This document shows, in pieces, positions 54,519 to 64,000 of a stretch of 64,000 nt of DNA. Under the pieces are notes generated by a model that worked only from the letters and a program-made list of their open reading frames with translations, was not told the DNA's origin and made no database searches. A program made the position numbers and the translations under genes. The first letter of the stretch is position 1. Each line of letters begins with the position of its first letter. The stretch comes from Gemmatimonadota bacterium. GTDB lineage: Bacteria > Gemmatimonadota > Gemmatimonadetes > Gemmatimonadales > GWC2-71-9. The stretch is from assembly GCA_046726475.1 (NCBI GenBank), contig JBKPAO010000123.1, positions 18,133-82,132 on the forward strand, in the 5' to 3' direction.

Positions 54519-55501
54519 CGCAGCACGGCCTCTTCGATGGCGTCGAGCAGCCAACCCATCTGACGTGCGCTGTCGGTGACGTAGCGGAAGCCGCGGTCCC
54601 CAGTCGGCTCGAGCTTGAACTCCTGGAGGGCGGAAACCGCCTTTACGATGCTGTCCGGATACGTCTTACGCAGCTTGAACTCGACCCGGTAGGGCCCCTC
54701 CATGGTGAACGGCTTGAAGTCTCCGCGGCGCTCTCGGCGAACCGCCTCCGCCGCGCCGGCCTGCAGCATCCGCCGCACCTTCGCGGGGCTGTAGGTGATG
54801 GCGGCACTCCGGCCCACCGCGCGCTTGGTCACAATTGCGACGAAGCCGTTGGGGACCATCTTCTTGGTTTCGGCGATCAGGACATCGTCCCCACTTACCA
54901 GCGAGACCGAGACCCCCAGCTCACCGGCGATGAGTGCGTTGATGCCGACTTCGTTGAGCGGCTTGCCGTTAACAGTGAACGAATCGAAGGCGAAGTTGTG
55001 CGCCAGCACTCCCAGGCTCCCGGCGTTGGCGTGTGCTCCCGTGAACATCAGCGTCCCGAAGCTGCTGTCGATCCCAGTGACCATCACCAGCGGCTTGGGA
55101 AAACCGCGCACCAGGATCGCCGAGCTGTCCAGCTGCCAGGGGAGCACGTTGGCAAAGAGGTTGCCGCCGTGGCCCTCGTTCACCACGAAGCTCCGGGCAC
55201 CGGCCAGGCGAGCCCCGCGAATGGTCGCGTTCACCTCCTGAGTGAGCAGCATGCGGAAGCGGTCCCAGTAGTCCGGGCTGGTGAGCTCCTTGTAACGCTC
55301 GCCCTCGTTCCCGGCGATCACCTCGTGGATGTCCACCGCGCTCCCCATTCCTTCCATATCGGGTACGATGAACACCCGGAACCCCGCCTCGTGCGGGATC
55401 TGCTTGTCGCGGAACGGCGCGGAGGACGGCGGTGGCGCCGGCGTTTGGGCCTGCAGCCCCGACGCGAGGCATAGGAGCGTGGGTAGGACGATCGATCTCA
55501 T
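54515..55501 (-). CDS. M55-family peptidase (DppA/D-aminopeptidase-like) paralog, with signal peptide
   Basis: RVFIVPDMEGMGSAV..., VNEGHGGNLF, GFPKPLVMVTG, TGAHANAG. It has the same motif order as its neighbour. Confidence 0.8.
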   Translation of the reverse strand: MRSIVLPTLLCLASGLQAQTPAPPPSSAPFRDKQIPHEAGFRVFIVPDMEGMGSAVDIHEVIAGNEGERYKELTSPDYWDRFRMLLTQEVNATIRGARLAGARSFVVNEGHGGNLFANVLPWQLDSSAILVRGFPKPLVMVTGIDSSFGTLMFTGAHANAGSLGVLAHNFAFDSFTVNGKPLNEVGINALIAGELGVSVSLVSGDDVLIAETKKMVPNGFVAIVTKRAVGRSAAITYSPAKVRRMLQAGAAEAVRRERRGDFKPFTMEGPYRVEFKLRKTYPDSIVKAVSALQEFKLEPTGDRGFRYVTDSARQMGWLLDAIEEAVLR

Positions 55502-55526
55502 CAGGTCTCCCTGGGCTTTCGAGTTC

Positions 55527-56969
55527 TCAACTCTCGCTGAGCACCAACAGCTTGAGTTCGGTCATCTCCTCGATGGCGTAGCGAACGCCCTCGCGCCCCT
55601 GCCCCGATTCCTTGACTCCACCGTAAGGCGCGTGGTCCACCCGGAAGCCGGGTACGTCGTTCACCACCAGCCCGCCCACCTCGAGTCGCTCGAAGGTGCG
55701 GAGAATAATTCGCATGTCGTTGGTAAAGAGTCCCGCCTGAATGCCGTAGCGCGAATCATTCACCGCGGCTACTGCCGCGTCGAAATCGGCATAGGGACGG
55801 ACCGTGGTCACTGGCGCGAAGATCTCCTCGCAGTTGACGCGCATGCCGCCGGTGGTGTCGAGCAAAACCGTAGGCTGGAGGATCGCGCCGTCCCGCCGGC
55901 CACCGGTAGCGACCCGCGCCCCGGCTGTGACCGCCTCGCCGATCCACTCCTCCGCCCGCACGGCGTTCGCCTGGTCGATCATTGGGCCCACGTCGGTCGT
56001 CTCGGACATTGGGTCACCGGTGCGGAGGGCCCCCACCGCCGTCACGAACCGCTCGGTGAACCGCGGGTACATCGACTGGTGGGCCAGAATCCGTTGGGTC
56101 GAGATGCACGACTGGCCGGCATAGAGATACCCGCCGGCCACGCAGCGCCGCACGGCGTGTTCCAGATCGGCATCCGGTTCGATTATCACGGCCGCGTTGC
56201 CGCCCAGCTCGAGAGTCACGCGCTTGGTGGGTGCCCGACTCCGGATGGCCCACCCGGCGCGGGCTGAGCCGGTGAAGGTGATCATCCGGACGCGGGGGTC
56301 GTCGATCAGCGGAGCCGCGACCTCGTTGCTGCAAAGCAGGATGGAGAGCGCGCCCGCCGGATAGCCGCTTTCGCGGACGATCTCGCCGAGCAGCAAAGTT
56401 GCGAGCGGGTCCTGCGGCGGCACTTTGAGCACCATGGTGGCGCCGCAGGCGATAGCGGGCGCCAGCTTATGGGCGGCGAGCAGGACGGGAAAGTTGAACG
56501 GGATGATTGCCGAGATCGGCGAGAGTGGAAACCGGCGGGTGAGACCCCAGCGCCGCTCGCCATGGGGCTGAAGGTCCATGGGGATCATGTCTCCGCCCAT
56601 CCGCACCGCCTCCTCAGCACCCTGCCGGAACACGAAGACCGCGCGGTCGATCTCGGTTCGCGCCAGCGCGAGAGGCTTCCCTGCCTCGGCGGCGAGGAGA
56701 CGGGCCAACGACTCGCGATGCTGCGCCACGCCGACGCCGATCCGGTCGAGCACGGCGGCCCGGGCGTGCGAGGGGAGGGCTGCAGCTGCGGGCGCTGCAG
56801 TGACTGCGGCATCGAGCGCGGCCGCGACATCGACGAGACTGGCCAGCTCCGCCCGACCGATCAAGTCCCCCGAGTAGGGGCTTCGGATCTCCACCAACTC
56901 TCCACCAGTCCTGAGCTCACCGCCCAGCAGAAATGGATAGGTGCGGCTCTCAAGCGTGGCAGCGGTCAT
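55527..56969 (-). CDS. NAD(P)-dependent aldehyde dehydrogenase family protein
   Basis: VTLELGGNA, ...GQSCIS... (catalytic Cys), EEIFAPV, and the C-terminal GG.K.SG.GREG. ATG 56969; the track start at 57089 is over-extended. Confidence 0.88.
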   Translation of the reverse strand: MTAATLESRTYPFLLGGELRTGGELVEIRSPYSGDLIGRAELASLVDVAAALDAAVTAAPAAAALPSHARAAVLDRIGVGVAQHRESLARLLAAEAGKPLALARTEIDRAVFVFRQGAEEAVRMGGDMIPMDLQPHGERRWGLTRRFPLSPISAIIPFNFPVLLAAHKLAPAIACGATMVLKVPPQDPLATLLLGEIVRESGYPAGALSILLCSNEVAAPLIDDPRVRMITFTGSARAGWAIRSRAPTKRVTLELGGNAAVIIEPDADLEHAVRRCVAGGYLYAGQSCISTQRILAHQSMYPRFTERFVTAVGALRTGDPMSETTDVGPMIDQANAVRAEEWIGEAVTAGARVATGGRRDGAILQPTVLLDTTGGMRVNCEEIFAPVTTVRPYADFDAAVAAVNDSRYGIQAGLFTNDMRIILRTFERLEVGGLVVNDVPGFRVDHAPYGGVKESGQGREGVRYAIEEMTELKLLVLSES

Positions 56970-57141
56970 GAGGGATCCGGGGCTTACGGTGTTACGACCG
57001 GTTACGACGGTCTCAAGTGTAACTATCGGCGGGGCAGCGGGGCAGCGGGCGGGCGGCGGGCCACTCGCGAAGGTCGCTTGACGACCCATGGCATTGCCCT
57101 AGTATTGGCCGAACAGGCCCGGCGCCTGGAAGGAGGTCACC

Positions 57142-57654
57142 CTGACTCGTCGCCCACTATTCGCCGACATTTTGGTTGCCGGTTTGATCGTTGGCACCGT
57201 GCATTGCACGCCGGCACCGAAGAAGGCCAGTAACGTAACTTCATCAGCCCAAGACACCTCCCAACCCGCAGACACCTCCCGGCCCGCACCCAGTGGTCTC
57301 GGCGGCACGTCGTGGCGACTGGTGAAGTTCCAGAGCAGCGACGGGACCATCCTCAAGCCGGACGACAAGTCGAAGTACACGATCGCATTCGAGCCCGATG
57401 GCCGGCTGGGCGCGCGGATCGACTGTAATCGTGGAAGAGGTACCTGGAAGTCTTCCGGACCGCCTCAACTCGAGTTCGGTCCGCTCGCGCTCACCCGCAT
57501 GATGTGCCCGCCCGGATCGCTCCACGATCGGATCGTCAAGCAGTTGCCCTATGTGCGCTCGTACGTGCTCAAGGACGGCCACCTGTTTCTATCGCTGATG
57601 GCCGACGGTGGCATCTTCGAGTTCGAGCCCACCGCCAGCGAGCAGCGACGTTGA
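57142..57654 (+). CDS. META-domain (HslJ-like) lipoprotein
   Basis: GTSWRLVKF.........PDD..KYTI.F..DGRL....DCNR..G.W........L.FGPLA.TRMMC is the META/DUF306 pattern. AGGAGG lies 5 nt upstream of CTG 57142. The track start is TTG 57172. Confidence 0.7.
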   Translation: MTRRPLFADILVAGLIVGTVHCTPAPKKASNVTSSAQDTSQPADTSRPAPSGLGGTSWRLVKFQSSDGTILKPDDKSKYTIAFEPDGRLGARIDCNRGRGTWKSSGPPQLEFGPLALTRMMCPPGSLHDRIVKQLPYVRSYVLKDGHLFLSLMADGGIFEFEPTASEQRR

Positions 57655-57702
57655 TGGCCTGCTCCATGGGCTCTTCCTTATATCAGCCGCCCGCCTGTCC
57701 GC

Positions 57703-58665
57703 TTACCGGAGATATGGCGCCACGTTGCTCGCGACTGTCTCAAACTCACGCTGAGTAAGCGGAAGTCTGCGGAACGCCGCCCACGCCTCCCTTGGCCGGA
57801 GATTGTCGCCGGCGGCGGCATCCGAGCCATACAGGATTCGGTCGACGCCGGCCTGACGGATCCGTTTCGTCACCAGCGCTGCTTGCCCGGGGGTGATATT
57901 GCGGTCCACGATGCCAGCGACGTCGAACCAGAGCCGGCGGGTGCGCGGATCCTTCTTCTCTACTGCCTCGGCCAGCACCGCCATCGCACTGTCGGCCGGC
58001 GGGTCGTCATAGCCGGGCCCGCTACCCGCCAGATGCGCGACCTGCACCGCCACGTCGGGAGCCGCCGGTAGCAGTTCCTCCAGAAACGCGCGGGCCTGTA
58101 CCGGTCCGTAGGGGCGCTTCTTCGAGATCGACGCTCGGAGGTGCACCACGATCGCCATACGGTGCTGGTTCGCCGCCCGAAAGACTCGGCGGAGCTGCTC
58201 GACGTGCGCCGGGTTCTCCAGCCGCACGTCCGAGTTGCCGAAGTGGAGCTTGATGCCGCCCTTGAGCCTGGGATCCTTCGCGCAGCGCTCAAGCTCCTTT
58301 AGCGCGTATTCCTTCAGCGGATTGAAGCCGCAGAACGCTCGCAACCGGTCGGGATACTCTGCCACCTGGGCCGCAATCCAGTCGTTCTCAGCCCGAACCT
58401 TGGCGTACTCGTCTTCGACCGTGCGCGATGGGCTCCCGTAGATGTAAGCGACCGATAGCACCAGTGCCCGACGAATGCCGGCCGAATCGAGCAGCTGCAC
58501 GACATCATGCGCCATGATGGGCGGCTGAGTGTGGGTAGTATCCAGTAGCGCCACCATGGCTGGGCTGAACAGATGCTGATGGTGATCGGCGACTGGAGCG
58601 ACCTGTCCGGCTGCTGGAAAGGTGCAGACTATGAGCATCATCAACGGGAGGGTATGCCGGTTCAC
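57703..58665 (-). CDS. Amidohydrolase-family (TIM-barrel metal hydrolase) protein, secreted
   Basis: ADHHQHLFSP (HxH metal motif near the N-terminus), ...VVHL..., ...HLAG.G, ...YGSD. GTG 58665 gives a signal peptide. Confidence 0.65.
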   Translation of the reverse strand: MNRHTLPLMMLIVCTFPAAGQVAPVADHHQHLFSPAMVALLDTTHTQPPIMAHDVVQLLDSAGIRRALVLSVAYIYGSPSRTVEDEYAKVRAENDWIAAQVAEYPDRLRAFCGFNPLKEYALKELERCAKDPRLKGGIKLHFGNSDVRLENPAHVEQLRRVFRAANQHRMAIVVHLRASISKKRPYGPVQARAFLEELLPAAPDVAVQVAHLAGSGPGYDDPPADSAMAVLAEAVEKKDPRTRRLWFDVAGIVDRNITPGQAALVTKRIRQAGVDRILYGSDAAAGDNLRPREAWAAFRRLPLTQREFETVASNVAPYLR

Positions 58666-58778
58666 GCAACCTCGGGCAGTGAGGGAGTCCTCGATATCCG
58701 ATCTGGACCGGTATGAGATAGGACCGACGGTAATATGGTTCAAGGAGTCTCGCCTACTCGGAAAGCAAATCGGCAACT

Positions 58779-59750
58779 GTGCAGAACGGTAAACCCAGCG
58801 ATCACTATGACGGCCGCCGCTTCTTCAATCCTAGCGGCGCGAACGGCCAGCCGTTCTGGAAGGTACCCGCCCTGCTGCTCACGCCACGAACCCGGTGGCC
58901 GGCGCTGGTTCCGGTAGACCCGCGGCGGCCCCCCACTCCCCGACCGGACGAGGTGATCGTCACCTTCATCGGCCATGCCACGTTTCTAATTCAGGCTGGC
59001 GCAACCAGCGTATTGATCGATCCGGTGTACTCCCAGAGGGCGAGCCCGGTCTCGTTCGCAGGACCACGCCGCGCTCGGGAGCCAGGCGTACGATTCGACG
59101 ATCTGCCCACCATCTCCCTCGTGCTCTTGAGTCACAACCACTACGATCACTGCGACCTCGGTACGTTGCGGCAACTCGAGCGCCGCTTTCATCCGAGGGT
59201 CGTGACACCGCTGGGCAACGGCCGTCTGCTCCGGACGTCGGGTGTCGAACGGGTTGAGGAGATCGACTGGTGGGAGACCGCGAGCGCCGCACCGCTGCCG
59301 ATCATGCTGACCCCCGCCCAACACTTCTCGGCGCGGCACATGTTCGATCGAAACCGAGCGTTGTGGGGTGGATTTCTGATCGAGATCGGTGGGCGCCGAA
59401 TACTCTTCGCCGGAGATACCGGTTATGGCCCCCATTTCCAGGAGATCGCCGCTCGGCTAGGTCCGGTCGATCTCGCCTTTCTTCCGATCGGGGCCTACGA
59501 GCCGCGCTGGTTCATGAGAGACATTCATATGAACCCGGCGGAAGCAGTGCAGGCACACCTCGACCTCGCGGCGCGGCAGAGCATCGCCATGCACTTCGGC
59601 ACCTTTCAGTTGACACCGGAGGGAATCGACGACCCGTCTCGGGAACTGGCGACTGCCTTGCGCGATCGCGCTGTGCCGGCGGAGCAATTTCGGATCTTGG
59701 ACGCCGGCGAGTCGTTCAGCCTCCCGAATCCTGACCGACTGACCGACTGA
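58779..59750 (+). CDS. MBL-fold metallo-hydrolase (NAPE-PLD-like)
   Basis: ...GRRFFNP..., TFIGHATFLIQ..G...L.DPV.S, LLSHNHYDHCD. GTG start. The last 6 codons are encoded by the CTGACCGA array. Confidence 0.8.
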   Translation: MQNGKPSDHYDGRRFFNPSGANGQPFWKVPALLLTPRTRWPALVPVDPRRPPTPRPDEVIVTFIGHATFLIQAGATSVLIDPVYSQRASPVSFAGPRRAREPGVRFDDLPTISLVLLSHNHYDHCDLGTLRQLERRFHPRVVTPLGNGRLLRTSGVERVEEIDWWETASAAPLPIMLTPAQHFSARHMFDRNRALWGGFLIEIGGRRILFAGDTGYGPHFQEIAARLGPVDLAFLPIGAYEPRWFMRDIHMNPAEAVQAHLDLAARQSIAMHFGTFQLTPEGIDDPSRELATALRDRAVPAEQFRILDAGESFSLPNPDRLTD

Positions 59751-59754
59751 CCGA
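59731..59754. repeat. Tandem octamer array CTGACCGA x3
   Basis: CTGACCGA CTGACCGA CTGACCGA. The TGA stop of the MBL gene is the TGA of the third unit. Confidence 0.85.
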
Positions 59755-59799
59755 CGAAGGACTTGCGGGTTCGCGCGACGCCAGCAATTCGTCCAAGAC

Positions 59800-60279
59800 T
59801 CATCGAGAATTCCTTAGTGTGGCTCGACGCTCATAGTGACTCCGGTCGCCGGCACGCCACGGTCGAGGTTCTCGCCGGCGTGATCGCCAGAGGAGACCTG
59901 TCCCGACACTGGCCGCTCCGGCCGCTGCGGTGAGTAAAACGGCGGAGATGCTGCCGCCTCTCATACCCAGCCCGACTGCCGTAAGCAGCAGACTCGCCCC
60001 AAACGCTCCGACACCCGCTTCCCAGAGATGGCAGCGTGGCGCGCGGCGCCAGCCCCGCCCCACCTCCCAGGCGAGGAGGCTTCCGGGCAAGGCGAGCCAC
60101 CAAGGGCTCGGGTGGGACCGGCTACCGAAGGCTGCGATCAACAAGACCGCAACCAGGGCAGCAACCAAAAGGGTTATCGGACGGCGAAGCTGATCGATCC
60201 AGGCCCGCCGCAGATCACGGGCGAGGAGGAGCACCGCGCCAAGAGCGAGGATCAGTTCAGTGCCTGTCTGCAGCGTCAT
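59800..60279 (-). CDS. Hypothetical membrane protein
   Basis: Four or five hydrophobic segments and an Arg-rich tail. No family recognised. Confidence 0.45.
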   Translation of the reverse strand: MTLQTGTELILALGAVLLLARDLRRAWIDQLRRPITLLVAALVAVLLIAAFGSRSHPSPWWLALPGSLLAWEVGRGWRRAPRCHLWEAGVGAFGASLLLTAVGLGMRGGSISAVLLTAAAGAASVGTGLLWRSRRREPRPWRAGDRSHYERRATLRNSR

Positions 60280-60385
60280 GCGATCTCAATCAGCTGGGTC
60301 AGGTCGAATTGCCGAGCGCGGCGGGGATCTCCGTTTACTTACGATCTCGTCGAGTCCGGCAACGCGCTAGGGTGGTGTAGGACCC

Positions 60386-60844
60386 TCACCCAGATCGACG
60401 AAGCCGCGTCAGCACCCGATCCAGCGCAGCCGCGAACCTCTGTTTGGCCCGACCGTCGTAGGGTGGCGGACCACCGGTGACGACTCCTGCAATGCGCGCC
60501 TGCTCCATGAAGTCTCGGACCGACAGCCGTTCGCCGATCGTCTCGTCGGTATGCTCCTCGCCCCGGGGATCCAGCACCGCCACCGCTCTGGGGACCAGTA
60601 GCGCGGCCAACGGCACGTCCTGGGTCACCACCAGATCTCCGGCGCTCGCATGGGTCGCAATGTACTGATCCGCGACATCCGGCCCACCATCGACCCGCAC
60701 CGCACTCACCAGGGGATTGCCCGGCGGCGTCTGCAGCCGCTGGTTCGCGACCAGCACAGTCTCGATCGCCAGGCGTTTCGCTGCCCGGAACACCAGCTCC
60801 TTCACATCCCTCGGTGCCGCGTCGGCGTCAATCCAGATCTTCAG
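60386..60844 (-). CDS. yaiI: YaiI/YqxD family protein (UPF0178/DUF188)
   Basis: Reading upstream of the track start gives L-KIWIDADAAPRDVKELVFRAAKRL.I...LVAN, the canonical UPF0178 N-terminus. The only start codon after the in-frame TGA is CTG 60844. The track's start at 60805 is an internal GTG. Confidence 0.75.
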   Translation of the reverse strand: MKIWIDADAAPRDVKELVFRAAKRLAIETVLVANQRLQTPPGNPLVSAVRVDGGPDVADQYIATHASAGDLVVTQDVPLAALLVPRAVAVLDPRGEEHTDETIGERLSVRDFMEQARIAGVVTGGPPPYDGRAKQRFAAALDRVLTRLRRSG

Positions 60845-60884
60845 CTGGGATTGCTCCGAGAGTCATGAGCTGGCGGATGCACAG

Positions 60885-61541
60885 TCAAAACCTGACGAGG
60901 TACGCGATATCGGCCAGCGGGCTGATGGTGCACTCTCCCACGAGACTACGTAGTCGAGCCTCGGAGAAATGCTCGGACCGAAAGCCGGCTTCCGTCTCGA
61001 GGTAGTCCGGGGTCTCATCAGACACATCGTGGCCCAAGCGCCGATACCATTCTCGCCGAGCAGGCACCGAGGCCGCCGAATAGACCGACAGGAGCCGAGT
61101 GCCCGGTTGGGGAGCCAGCCGCCGCATCTCTGCCAGGACGCCGCTCTTATCGCTCATGGTTCCCCAGGTGTTCGTGACGCACATAGCGAGATCAAAGTCG
61201 GCCACGAGGGGAATCGCGGTGGCATCCCCGGCAACGAAGTGGAGGACGCGACCTCCGGCGTGGCGCTGTGCCTGGGCGACATAGCTTCGCTCGTAATCCA
61301 CCCCCACACCCAAGCGAAGGCGCTCAGCCAGCAGGTGCAGATGACGTCCGGTGCCGCAGCCGACATCGATGACCCGCATGCCTTCCCTGATGGCATTCCT
61401 GATCACATCGAGCTCGGCGCGCAGGAAAGCCTGGATGGCGGCAGGCTGAGTCGCCGGGTCGAGCGCCCGGTTCAGTAACCCAGCGGCATAGACCTCGTCG
61501 TTGGACACACAGAGCTCCGGGTCGAACGATTTACGTCTCAA
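60885..61541 (-). CDS. Class I SAM-dependent methyltransferase
   Basis: VIDVGCGTGRH (motif I) and LHFVAGDA (motif II region). TTG start, so the start is uncertain. Confidence 0.75.
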   Translation of the reverse strand: MRRKSFDPELCVSNDEVYAAGLLNRALDPATQPAAIQAFLRAELDVIRNAIREGMRVIDVGCGTGRHLHLLAERLRLGVGVDYERSYVAQAQRHAGGRVLHFVAGDATAIPLVADFDLAMCVTNTWGTMSDKSGVLAEMRRLAPQPGTRLLSVYSAASVPARREWYRRLGHDVSDETPDYLETEAGFRSEHFSEARLRSLVGECTISPLADIAYLVRF

Positions 61542-61625
61542 TCTGTACTAAGAAACCGTGTTCGGCACTCCTTTGCCGCAGGCCGGCATCGTCCACAATT
61601 CCTGCGGGGGTCATGAAATTCCGGA

Positions 61626-61967
61626 TCAGTGGGTGACGCGAAGGGTCGTGAAGAAACCCAAATAGACCATGCCCATTCCTATCACCATATAGATCAGGGT
61701 GGCTCCGGAGTCGCCGAGGATCCTTCGGAGAAACCGGGCCTTCGGGTGTTCCCAGAACCACCACGGGCGCCACCAGGTGCCGCCCATCGTCAGGAAACCG
61801 GCGACAATGAGGAAGACCCGGTCAAACTGGACGTGCAGAATCCGGGCGAGCCCCCAGCTACCGGCCAGCAGTGCGAGAATTACCCCCAGGTACACCTTGA
61901 GGGTATAGCTCCTACTCCGATGGTTCCGCTCCCCAGACTCACGCGACAATTGTTCAGCCTCCTGCAA
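61626..61967 (-). CDS. Hypothetical small membrane protein
   Basis: Three hydrophobic segments and a WWRPWWFWEHP motif. The start is TTG 61967 or GTG 61895. Confidence 0.4.
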   Translation of the reverse strand: MQEAEQLSRESGERNHRSRSYTLKVYLGVILALLAGSWGLARILHVQFDRVFLIVAGFLTMGGTWWRPWWFWEHPKARFLRRILGDSGATLIYMVIGMGMVYLGFFTTLRVTH

Positions 61968-62146
61968 ACCCCCAAGATGCTAACAACCGGACCCGCAACT
62001 CCCCAACGTAGTGCTGCTTAGACCGTCGGCAATCGAACACGGAATTGTGACATTGAGACGTTCCCATCCGAGACATTCGAGGTTGCCCGAAGCTGTCCGG
62101 CTTCCAATATTGCTGGCCGCCACCTCGTCACAGCAGGGAGGTTAAC

Positions 62147-62629
62147 ATGGCCAAGAAGGCGCAAGCGGTTCCTAAGGATTATCATACGGTCACCCCCAGC
62201 ATCGTGGTTGCCGGGGCAGCCAGAGCCATCGACTTCTATAGAAAGGCGTTTGGGGCTGAAGAACGAATGCGGTTCCCCGGCCCGGATGGCCTGATCATGC
62301 ACGCAGAGATCCGGATCGGAGACTCGGTCGTCATGCTCATGGACGAGATGCCGGAACAGGGCGGCAGGAGCCCGAAATCGTACGGTGGCACGCCGGTCGC
62401 CTTCTTCGTGTATGGGGAGAACGTGGACGCGGCTTGGAAGCGTGCGGTCGACGCGGGCGCCAAGCAGATCATGCCCCTCGCCGACCAGTTCTGGGGCGAT
62501 CGCACCGGCTGTCTTGAGGATCCGTTCGGCCACCGCTGGTGGCTGGCGCAACACATCGAGGACCTGACGCCGGAGGAGCTGCAGAAACGTAGCGAGGCGT
62601 TTTTCTCGCAGATGCAGCCAGTTTCGTAA
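62147..62629 (+). CDS. VOC (glyoxalase/bleomycin-resistance fold) family protein, PhnB-like
   Basis: VTPSIVV.GA..AIDFY..AFGAEE..R...PDG.I.HAE.RIGDS.VML.DE..........G.......YV..VDA...RA..AGA........DQFWGDR.G...DPFGH.W. Confidence 0.8.
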   Translation: MAKKAQAVPKDYHTVTPSIVVAGAARAIDFYRKAFGAEERMRFPGPDGLIMHAEIRIGDSVVMLMDEMPEQGGRSPKSYGGTPVAFFVYGENVDAAWKRAVDAGAKQIMPLADQFWGDRTGCLEDPFGHRWWLAQHIEDLTPEELQKRSEAFFSQMQPVS

Positions 62630-62655
62630 ACTCCATCGTCATCAGCGATCGTACG

Positions 62656-62692
62656 ACGAGCTCACCAAAGCATCGGTGAGCTCGTTTTCTTT
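62656..62692 (+). terminator. Rho-independent terminator after the VOC gene
   Basis: ACGAGCTCACC-AAAGCATC-GGTGAGCTCGT followed by TTTCTTT. The perfect 11-bp stem lies 27 nt after the stop. Confidence 0.85.
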
Positions 62693-62773
62693 GACCTGAA
62701 CCAGGTGAGCCGCATGCGCCGCTCAGGACGCTCGATCAGAGATGGCTACACAGTACGCATCAGCCGCCCGGTA

Positions 62774-63001
62774 CTACTGATCGTGCACGAAGAACGTGAT
62801 CACCATCGACACGACCATCGTGACGGCTAGGAGTCCGATGGCGCCAAACACTCCGGTCAGAATTCCCCTGAGCCAGCCCTGCTCCAGTCCCCGTGTCATT
62901 CCGAGCGCCGCTCCGCCCAGCAATGCAAGCAAGAAGAGGGTCCATGCGATCCGGTGAGGCAGCGCGAGAGGATAGAAGGTGTATGGAATCGTGAGGTCCA
63001 T
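62774..63001 (-). CDS. Hypothetical small two-TM membrane protein
   Basis: ATG 63001 (MDLTIPYTFYPLALPHRIAWTLFLLALLGGAAL...). No family recognised. Confidence 0.4.
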   Translation of the reverse strand: MDLTIPYTFYPLALPHRIAWTLFLLALLGGAALGMTRGLEQGWLRGILTGVFGAIGLLAVTMVVSMVITFFVHDQ

Positions 63002-63402
63002 TGATGTTCGTGTGAAGGGCCTATCAGGTTCCAGCCGCCGGAACTGTTGTGATCTCCCGAGAGCTAAGAGCCGTACCGCCGACCTCATGAGAATCAGGCA
63101 TGATTTGGGCGTGGTCGCCCGATGCCGGTTCGTTTACTACATCGGAAAGGGTCCGGTGGTAAGAAGCTCGGTATCTGGCGGGTACCTGCAGCGGGTGGCC
63201 CCCCCCCGGCTCACTGTATCGTTCGATGACCCGTCACGCTACGTGATGCGGCCCTGGTTGGAGGTGAACGGAAACCGGATGTGCTTCACTCGGGCCGACC
63301 CACAGAGCGACGTCTGGATGACGGAGGTGTCGGGGGCGAGGTAAGCTGAGAGATCCCTTCGCGGAGCTCAGCAGTGAAGGATGACGCCGGCTCTAGCCGG
63401 CT

Positions 63403-64000
63403 CTACTTATCCGTACCCTCCCGCTCCAGCGCCTCGAGCTCGGTGCGCACCTGTGCCACCTGCCGTTGCAGCCGCGGCTCTGCCCCGGAGCGAAGCGCGA
63501 GATAGCGCCGATACGCCCGGATCGCCCCCTCACGGTCGCCGTTCAAGGCGGCAAGCCGGCCTTCCTCCCGATGGTACGTCACGTAGTAAGGATTCGGAAA
63601 CAGATCCCACACGCGCCGGCGGATCGCAGCCAGCGCCCGGGGCAGGTCGCCTTGCTCCTCGTACAACCTGCTGGCGATCAGGTTGCCGGCCAGGATGAAA
63701 GCCGGAATGAAGCTCCCATTGACCAGCGCCGAGTCGAGCTGAGCCAGCAGCATGGGCGCCTCGGGTGAGCGTCGCTTGGCGGCAAGCTGTGCTCCAAGTA
63801 ACAGGCCGTACGACCGGGTGATCTCGCGAAGCCAGGCGCTGTCGGGTGGCACCCTCGCGGCCTCGAGATCCGCGATTGCACGCTGAGCCAGGTCCAGCCG
63901 GCCGCGATCAAGCGCCCACTGGCCGGCCGCGTAGCGACCTGCTGCCGATGCAGGCTCTGCGGTGAGCGGAGCTCCAATCCTGTTTGCGAGAACGGTGCCG
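63403..64000 (-). CDS. TPR-like repeat protein, C-terminal part (ORF open to the window edge)
   Basis: The frame stays open from 63999 down to the stop at 63403. It reads ...GRYAAGQWALDRGRLDLAQRAIADLEAAR...GDREGAIRAYRRYLALRSGAEP, which is TPR-like. The track's M at 63852 is an internal GTG. Confidence 0.55.
   Translation of the reverse strand, partial: GTVLANRIGAPLTAEPASAAGRYAAGQWALDRGRLDLAQRAIADLEAARVPPDSAWLREITRSYGLLLGAQLAAKRRSPEAPMLLAQLDSALVNGSFIPAFILAGNLIASRLYEEQGDLPRALAAIRRRVWDLFPNPYYVTYHREEGRLAALNGDREGAIRAYRRYLALRSGAEPRLQRQVAQVRTELEALEREGTDK

Noticed and set aside
62979-63344. 121-aa plus-strand ORF between two minus-strand genes. Its C-terminal part (...NGNRMCFTRADPQSDVWMTEVSG) is faintly reminiscent of TolB-like beta-propeller blades.
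   Set aside because: The similarity covers only a short motif. The 5' third overlaps the small membrane-protein gene on the other strand, and no RBS is evident. It is possibly a fragment or pseudogene, but the evidence is too weak to annotate.

Overview
A 64 kb stretch of GC-rich bacterial chromosome (roughly two-thirds G+C by eye, not computed). It is densely coding, with about 62 supportable CDS. I found no rRNA, tRNA or CRISPR.

Gene content is mostly housekeeping or envelope-related:
- Lysine biosynthesis: a dapB-dapA-dapD operon.
- Electron transfer from acyl-CoA oxidation: ETF-ubiquinone oxidoreductase, EtfAB and a glutaryl-CoA-dehydrogenase-like enzyme.
- An F0-plus-delta ATP synthase operon (atpZ-atpI-atpB-atpE-atpF-atpH).
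- cstA with its small YbdD-like partner.
- Two CPA1 cation/proton antiporters, a TonB-dependent receptor and two GT4 glycosyltransferases.
- Many secreted peptidases: an M1 peptidase fused to a barrel-like domain, an S9 prolyl oligopeptidase, two M55 paralogs, DUF885 and Peptidase_Mx.
- An ATP-grasp ligase and one solitary IS200-type Y1 transposase gene.

The protein set (PxKF-like module, DUF4139, long signal-bearing AtpB) fits a Gemmatimonadota-like soil bacterium, but that is a low-confidence inference.

Two things stand out:
1. A pervasive family of tandem 7-8 nt repeat arrays, usually as two inverted arrays around a unique spacer. They sit at gene boundaries and in three places appear to lie inside ORFs.
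2. A cation/proton antiporter whose C-terminal rhodanese domain is interrupted by a single in-frame TGA. The domain then continues in frame for 49 more well-conserved codons. This could be selenocysteine, readthrough or a very recent pseudogene.

Many genes are translationally coupled by ATGA/GTGA overlaps, and several appear to use GTG, TTG or CTG starts. All function calls come from reading the translations; no database search was run.
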